Source of the DNA: Myxococcota bacterium | GTDB lineage: Bacteria; Myxococcota_A; UBA796; CAJQPC01 | Reading direction: 5' to 3' | Assembly: GCA_023150775.1 (NCBI GenBank) | Contig: JAKLKE010000005.1 | Span: forward strand, 608 to 64,607 | Length of the DNA stretch: 64,000 nucleotides | Shown here: positions 59,710 to 64,000 of the stretch, in pieces | Position numbering within the stretch: position 1 is the first letter of the stretch | Layout of the letters: every line of letters starts with the position of its first letter | Notes under the pieces: generated by a model | What the model was told of the DNA's origin: nothing | The model's database searches: none | The model's input: the letters and a program-made list of their open reading frames with translations, nothing else | Program-made: the position numbers and the translations under genes

Positions 59710-60984
59710 GTGAGCATTGAGCAGGACGACCACGACACGATCCGCAGCGTAGACGAGGCCCTGCCCGACGTCGTGCGCCTCGCCTTGGCCGTGCGAAAGG
59801 CCGGGGGCCGCGCCTTGCTCGTCGGCGGCTGGGTGCGTGACCGCGCCTTGGGCGTTCAGAGCAAAGACCTCGACGTCGAGGTCCACAGCCTTGATGAAGA
59901 TCGCCTCGCCGAGATCCTGCGGAGACTGGGCCGGGTGAACGTCGTCGGGCGCAGCTTCGGCGTGTACAAGCTCACCGTCGGGGCCCACACCCTCGACGTG
60001 AGCCTGCCCCGCCGCGACTCCAAGGTCGGGCCGGGCCACCGGGGCATCATGATTCACGGCGATCCCCACATGGGCATCGTCGAGGCCGCCCGCCGCCGGG
60101 ATCTCACCGTGAACGCGATGCTCTACGATCCCCTCACCGGCGAGACCCTCGACCCCCACGGCGGCCTAGAGGACCTCGCCGCGCGCCGCCTGCGCGAGGT
60201 CGATCCCACGACCTTCTTGGAGGATCCGCTGCGCGCCCTTCGCGCCGTGCAGTTCGCCGCACGTTTTGAGTTCACCATGACCGAGAGCCTACGTGCCCTG
60301 TGCCGGGTGGCCCCGCTCATGGAGCTGCCCGCCGAGCGGGTCGTCTGGGAGATCGAGAAGCTCTTGCTCAAGGCCCCGCGGCCTAGCGACGGCCTCAAGC
60401 TCCTCGTCGAGCTTGAGCTGCTGCCCCAGGTCTTCCCCGGGCTCGTCGGCCTCGTGACCCCGAGGCTCCTGGAGACCCTCGACCGCGCCGCCCTGGAGCG
60501 TGAGGGCCTACACACCGAGGCCGAGCGGCTCACGGTGATGTGGGCGGCCTTGCTCTCGCCATTTACGGGCGATCCGCTGCTCATCGCCCTGGATCGCCTC
60601 GGCCTGCACACCCACAACAAGTACCCCCTGCGCGCCCGGGTCATCGACGCGCTGCGGGAGGCCAAGCCGACGCCGCTCTCTGACGCCGACCTCCGCCGCC
60701 TCGCCGACGTCTTGCCCCTGCCGATCCTCCTCCGCGTGCGCGCCGCCCGTTTTGCCGAGGCGCCCTCCGCCCCCGACCTGCTCCGCGCCGACACCCTCGG
60801 CGTGCTCGACGGTCCCCTTCCCCGCCTGCTCAACGGCGGCGACCTCGCCCGCCTCGGCGTGCCTCCCGGGCCCCAGATGGGCGCGCTCCTCGACGCCGCC
60901 CGCGACGCCCAGACCCGGGGCGAGCTTCACAGCCGCGAAGACGCGCGGGCCTGGCTCACACACACGCTCAACACCGCGGGTTGA
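59710..60984 (+). CDS. cca: tRNA nucleotidyltransferase / poly(A) polymerase family protein (CCA-adding-like)
   Basis: GGRALLVGGWVRDRALG...KDLDVEV (GG.VRD...DxD head-domain motif) and RRDLTVNAMLYD (RRD.T.NA motif). GTG start. 424 aa. Confidence 0.85.
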   Translation: MSIEQDDHDTIRSVDEALPDVVRLALAVRKAGGRALLVGGWVRDRALGVQSKDLDVEVHSLDEDRLAEILRRLGRVNVVGRSFGVYKLTVGAHTLDVSLPRRDSKVGPGHRGIMIHGDPHMGIVEAARRRDLTVNAMLYDPLTGETLDPHGGLEDLAARRLREVDPTTFLEDPLRALRAVQFAARFEFTMTESLRALCRVAPLMELPAERVVWEIEKLLLKAPRPSDGLKLLVELELLPQVFPGLVGLVTPRLLETLDRAALEREGLHTEAERLTVMWAALLSPFTGDPLLIALDRLGLHTHNKYPLRARVIDALREAKPTPLSDADLRRLADVLPLPILLRVRAARFAEAPSAPDLLRADTLGVLDGPLPRLLNGGDLARLGVPPGPQMGALLDAARDAQTRGELHSREDARAWLTHTLNTAG

Positions 60985-61029
60985 GCGGCTATAGTGCTCC
61001 GTCTCCCCGAATCCATTGACCGAGGCCCC

Positions 61030-62529
61030 ATGACGCGCCTGCGCTTCGTGCTGACCCTGCTCCTCCTGGCCCCCGCTCCCCTGGCCTTCGCCCAAGAGAC
61101 GCCCCCGGTGGTCTCCCCGGCGGCGGCGGTCTCGGTGAGCGCCGATCTGCGCGGCGAGTACATTCAGGGGGAGCCGATCCTCATCCGCTTCACCGTCAAC
61201 AACACCGGGGCCGACGCCGCACGTTTCTCCGACCTGAGCCGCCGCCCTTGGCTCGTGCGGTTTGACCTCACCTACCCCAACGGCAAACAGCAGAGCTGGT
61301 TCACGACGCCCCCCGCCGTCGATCCCGGCGAGGTGTGGAGCATCCCGCCGCGCGGGCAAAAACGTGTGCTGCTGGAGATCCCCTCCAGCCAGCGCCTCGC
61401 CGCCGGGGACTACACCCTCACCGTGCGGCTGCTGAACGAGGGCGCGGAGATCGTGCTCCCCGCCCACAAGCTCAAGATCGCCCCCGCCGCTCCCGTCGCG
61501 GGCAACATCTACGACGAGCCCCTGGGCCTCGACCGCAGCGGCCACCAGGTCGTCTGGGTTCATAAGGCCAGCCAAGGATTTGATCTTTACCTGCACCACG
61601 CCGACCCCAACACCCCCACCCGGGCCCTGGGCGACTACCACCTCCTGCACATCGACAGCCTGGTGCGCCCGGTGCTCACCGCCGCCCGGCCTGAAGAGCG
61701 CTCCGACCGCTTCATCTACTGGCAGCCCGACGAGCGCACGGTTCAATACGTGCAGCTCCAGTCAAACGCCTTACGCAGCGCCACCCCGCAGAGCTTCCGC
61801 ACGCCCTACCCCAAGGTGGAGATCATCGGCCGGGGCTCCACGGACACCCAAGGTGGGCTGCACGTCCCCTTGTGGATCCCCGCGCCCTCGGGCTCTGGCG
61901 GTGAGCTCCGCGTCGCGTCCGTGCGCGATCGTGGCGGTCCCGTGTTCCGCGCCGTCGTGCGCCTGCCCGCCAAGCCGAGCTGGGTGCAGACCGCCGTAGA
62001 CGGCAACGGCGACCTCCGCCTCATCTTGGCCCGGGACGGTCTGCTCGACCTCTACACCCTGCGCGCTGAAGGGGATCTCCCGGCCTCCGGCGTGGCGCTC
62101 TACCGCCCGGCGAAGCCCGCCGAAGGGGAGGCCCCGCCGCCGACGCTCACGCCGACACTCGCGCGGTTTGGGTATCGCGCCGGGACAAACGAGGAGGCCG
62201 GCGGCATGGCCGTGCTCGTGCTGCTGCGCTCTGAGGTCGGCTTGGAGGCGCGCTGGCTGAGCCTCGGCGGTCGTGAGCTCGCGGCCTTGGAGGGTGTGCC
62301 TCTGGCCGCCGACGCCAAGGTGATCGACGGCCTCAACATCGGCGACACCGGCTGGGGCGCCTTGGTGCAGACCGGCGGCAAGACCCTCTACGTCTCGCCG
62401 GGGGCCGAGGCCCAGCCGCTCTCTGGCGCCGCGGGCACCCTCACCCGTACCCCCAAAGGCGGCGTGTTGTCGCGGACGCTGCGCAGCGGCGGCCCCATCA
62501 ACAACGAGACCCTACGCGCCGCCCAATGA
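61030..62529 (+). CDS. Secreted hypothetical protein
   Basis: Start at MTRLRFVLTLLLLAPAPLAFAQ (signal peptide). Strong GC3 bias. 499 aa. No family recognised. Confidence 0.6.
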   Translation: MTRLRFVLTLLLLAPAPLAFAQETPPVVSPAAAVSVSADLRGEYIQGEPILIRFTVNNTGADAARFSDLSRRPWLVRFDLTYPNGKQQSWFTTPPAVDPGEVWSIPPRGQKRVLLEIPSSQRLAAGDYTLTVRLLNEGAEIVLPAHKLKIAPAAPVAGNIYDEPLGLDRSGHQVVWVHKASQGFDLYLHHADPNTPTRALGDYHLLHIDSLVRPVLTAARPEERSDRFIYWQPDERTVQYVQLQSNALRSATPQSFRTPYPKVEIIGRGSTDTQGGLHVPLWIPAPSGSGGELRVASVRDRGGPVFRAVVRLPAKPSWVQTAVDGNGDLRLILARDGLLDLYTLRAEGDLPASGVALYRPAKPAEGEAPPPTLTPTLARFGYRAGTNEEAGGMAVLVLLRSEVGLEARWLSLGGRELAALEGVPLAADAKVIDGLNIGDTGWGALVQTGGKTLYVSPGAEAQPLSGAAGTLTRTPKGGVLSRTLRSGGPINNETLRAAQ

Positions 62530-62591
62530 GCGGCTCGTAGGGCCTCGGTGAACCTGGCGCTCGGCGACGGGGCGCTCCCGCTCAGCTCAGC

Positions 62592-63407
62592 TCACTCAAC
62601 CTCAGTGCAGAGGTCGTCGAGCTCACCGGCGCAGTAGAGCTCCTCTAAGGTGGAGAAGCCCTCGCCCGTGCCCTCGTTCTCTAAGGCACACTCGGGATCC
62701 GCCGCCACGGCGGAGACGAGGTCCGCGCAGGTGTCCCCGGCGCCGATCTCGACGACCGTGGCCGCGTAGTGCACGACGTAGTCATCGATCGGCACCGACC
62801 ACAGGCGCAAGAGCACGGTGTAGTCGCGGCCGGGGTGCAGGGAGGTGTCGATCTCGCAGAACTCAGGGGTGGCCCGACCCGCGTGGGCGCCGGCCTGGCC
62901 ACGCTGGCCGGTCATCAAACACTCGTTCGCCTCGAAGACGACCTCGTTGCCGAGGCTGTCTTCGTAGACCTGCTCAAAGTTGCCGACGGTGACGCCGGGC
63001 GTGCCGTTGTAGTACGCCGAGAGGCCCACCTCAAGGTCGAGGTCGCCGTCGTCGTAGTTGTTGTCCTCGCAGATGTAGCCGTCGGCGGGTGAGCGCACAT
63101 CGACAGACTGGAGCCAGAACACCGCCTCGGGGTCAACCAACACGCAGACGGTGCCGCCGGTGCCCTGAAAGGTGAAGGTGGCGCCGCCCCACTGGCCGAT
63201 GGCCGCGTTCTCGCCGAGGCCGTCGTAGATCGACTTCTCGGCGCGGGTGCTCGGGTCAAGCCAGTCCGCGAGGGTGAGGGGCGTGAACTCCCCGAGATCT
63301 ACGACGCCAGGGTACTCGGCGACGGGCTGGGGGAAGTACTTCTCGTTGTCACGATCACATGCGACGAAGGCCGAGACGAAGCCCACGGCGAGCAGAAGTC
63401 GAGGCAT
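62592..63407 (-). CDS. Cys-containing lipoprotein, unknown function
   Basis: MPRLLLAVGFVSAFVAC lipobox. The ATG at 63407 shares one nucleotide with the upstream stop (TGATG); the track start is GTG 63410. Visibly lower GC than the window average. Confidence 0.65.
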   Translation of the reverse strand: MPRLLLAVGFVSAFVACDRDNEKYFPQPVAEYPGVVDLGEFTPLTLADWLDPSTRAEKSIYDGLGENAAIGQWGGATFTFQGTGGTVCVLVDPEAVFWLQSVDVRSPADGYICEDNNYDDGDLDLEVGLSAYYNGTPGVTVGNFEQVYEDSLGNEVVFEANECLMTGQRGQAGAHAGRATPEFCEIDTSLHPGRDYTVLLRLWSVPIDDYVVHYAATVVEIGAGDTCADLVSAVAADPECALENEGTGEGFSTLEELYCAGELDDLCTEVE

Positions 63408-64000
63408 CACTTCTCCACCTGAAAGTCGTAGACGAGGGTGAACGTCGGCGCGGCTTCGCGGAAGGCGTCCGCGTCTTCATACGTCAGCTCAACGGGCTCG
63501 TTGACGACGAAGTCACCGATGTCGATGTAGTTGCTCGGGAAGTTGAGCAGATCGATGTACGAGGAGCCCGTGGTGAAGCTCGCCGAGTACTGGTTGAACT
63601 GCTGGCCGTTCGCCGGATCGCAGGTCGTGAAGTCGAAGTTGCTGTCGGGGGCGTCCATCCAGCCCCAGACCTTCATGCCCGCGTGGTAGTTGACGCGCCA
63701 CATCGTGAACTCGGCCTCAAAGTCGCCATCGGCGTTCTCTTTGAAGTCGAGGCCGTCTTCGCCCGCCAAGAACAAAAGCTCAGCGTCTTCGGTGTACTCG
63801 AAGAGGTCGTAGCACGAGGTGCGGAAGTAGTCGGGGGACTGCACCTCGGCGCCTTGCTCGTCTACGACGGGCTGGTCGAGGGTGTTGGACCAGAAGTCCA
63901 AGAGCGAGCTGTAGTCCGCGTACCGCCCGGTCACGACCTTACACAAGGTCGAGGTGTAGCAGGCGAAGTCAAAGACGCCGACCGTGCCACCGCCGTAGGG
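63407..64000 (-). CDS. Hypothetical secreted-type protein, 5'-truncated by the window end
   Basis: The reading frame stays open from 63407 to the window end (…PYGGGTVGVFDFACYTSTLCKVVTGRY…). Acidic/aromatic-rich. Coupled to the downstream lipoprotein gene. Confidence 0.55.
   Translation of the reverse strand, partial: PYGGGTVGVFDFACYTSTLCKVVTGRYADYSSLLDFWSNTLDQPVVDEQGAEVQSPDYFRTSCYDLFEYTEDAELLFLAGEDGLDFKENADGDFEAEFTMWRVNYHAGMKVWGWMDAPDSNFDFTTCDPANGQQFNQYSASFTTGSSYIDLLNFPSNYIDIGDFVVNEPVELTYEDADAFREAAPTFTLVYDFQVEK

Noticed and set aside
60508-61746. 412-aa minus ORF
   Set aside because: It is antisense to the CCA/poly(A) polymerase family gene and to the secreted protein gene, both of which show proper GC3 periodicity.
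62527-62584. Long-range inverted repeat TGAGCGG…CCGCTCA between convergent genes (possible terminator)
   Set aside because: The arms are only 7 nt, are separated by about 45 nt, and have no T tract. This is compatible with chance in GC-rich DNA.
1-64000. Search for tRNA, rRNA, CRISPR arrays, IS elements, integrases, prophage or toxin-antitoxin modules
   Set aside because: All intergenic regions are short (under 180 nt) and none shows a tRNA-like cloverleaf, a repeat-spacer periodicity or terminal inverted repeats. No ORF shows transposase, integrase or phage structural motifs. This was done by eye only; tRNAscan-SE, Infernal and ISEScan would be decisive.

Overview
High-GC bacterial chromosomal segment (roughly two-thirds to 70% G+C by eye, strong GC3 bias in real frames). 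It is densely coding on both strands, with about 59 protein genes. I recognised no rRNA, tRNA, CRISPR array, integrase or transposase. The content looks Myxococcota-like (inference): MYXO-CTERM-like sorting tails, PEGA-type proteins, Hanks-type Ser/Thr kinases, two ECF sigma/anti-sigma pairs, a Cys/Asp-rich MopE-type repeat lipoprotein and PKD-repeat lipoproteins. Recognisable housekeeping genes are mrp/apbC, moaA, rpsD, gshB, gpsA, comEC, lgt, lspA, ETF-ubiquinone oxidoreductase, a Kv-beta-like aldo/keto reductase and a CCA/poly(A)-polymerase family enzyme. Three candidates stand out. (1) A compact, compositionally atypical four-gene operon at 32.4-35.5 kb: an RNase III homolog with substituted catalytic residues, an ORC/STAND-like P-loop ATPase and two unknown proteins, lying about 0.9 kb downstream of an AraC-family gene remnant with one SDR-like gene in between. 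This is my best candidate for an undescribed, possibly nucleic-acid-sensing system. (2) A translationally coupled envelope-signalling cluster at 40.6-50 kb: pseudokinase, FHA-like/TM/lytic transglycosylase fusion, small membrane protein, active Hanks kinase, PEGA-like anchor protein and a helical-repeat protein. (3) A five-gene operon at 10.1-17.9 kb: two PKD-repeat lipoproteins, a repeat-containing periplasmic protein and two GT-C-like polytopic membrane proteins, a candidate periplasmic protein-glycosylation module. Many long ORFs in the supplied track are antisense shadow ORFs typical of high-GC DNA and were rejected. All family assignments come from motif recognition by eye; no searches or numeric computations were run.
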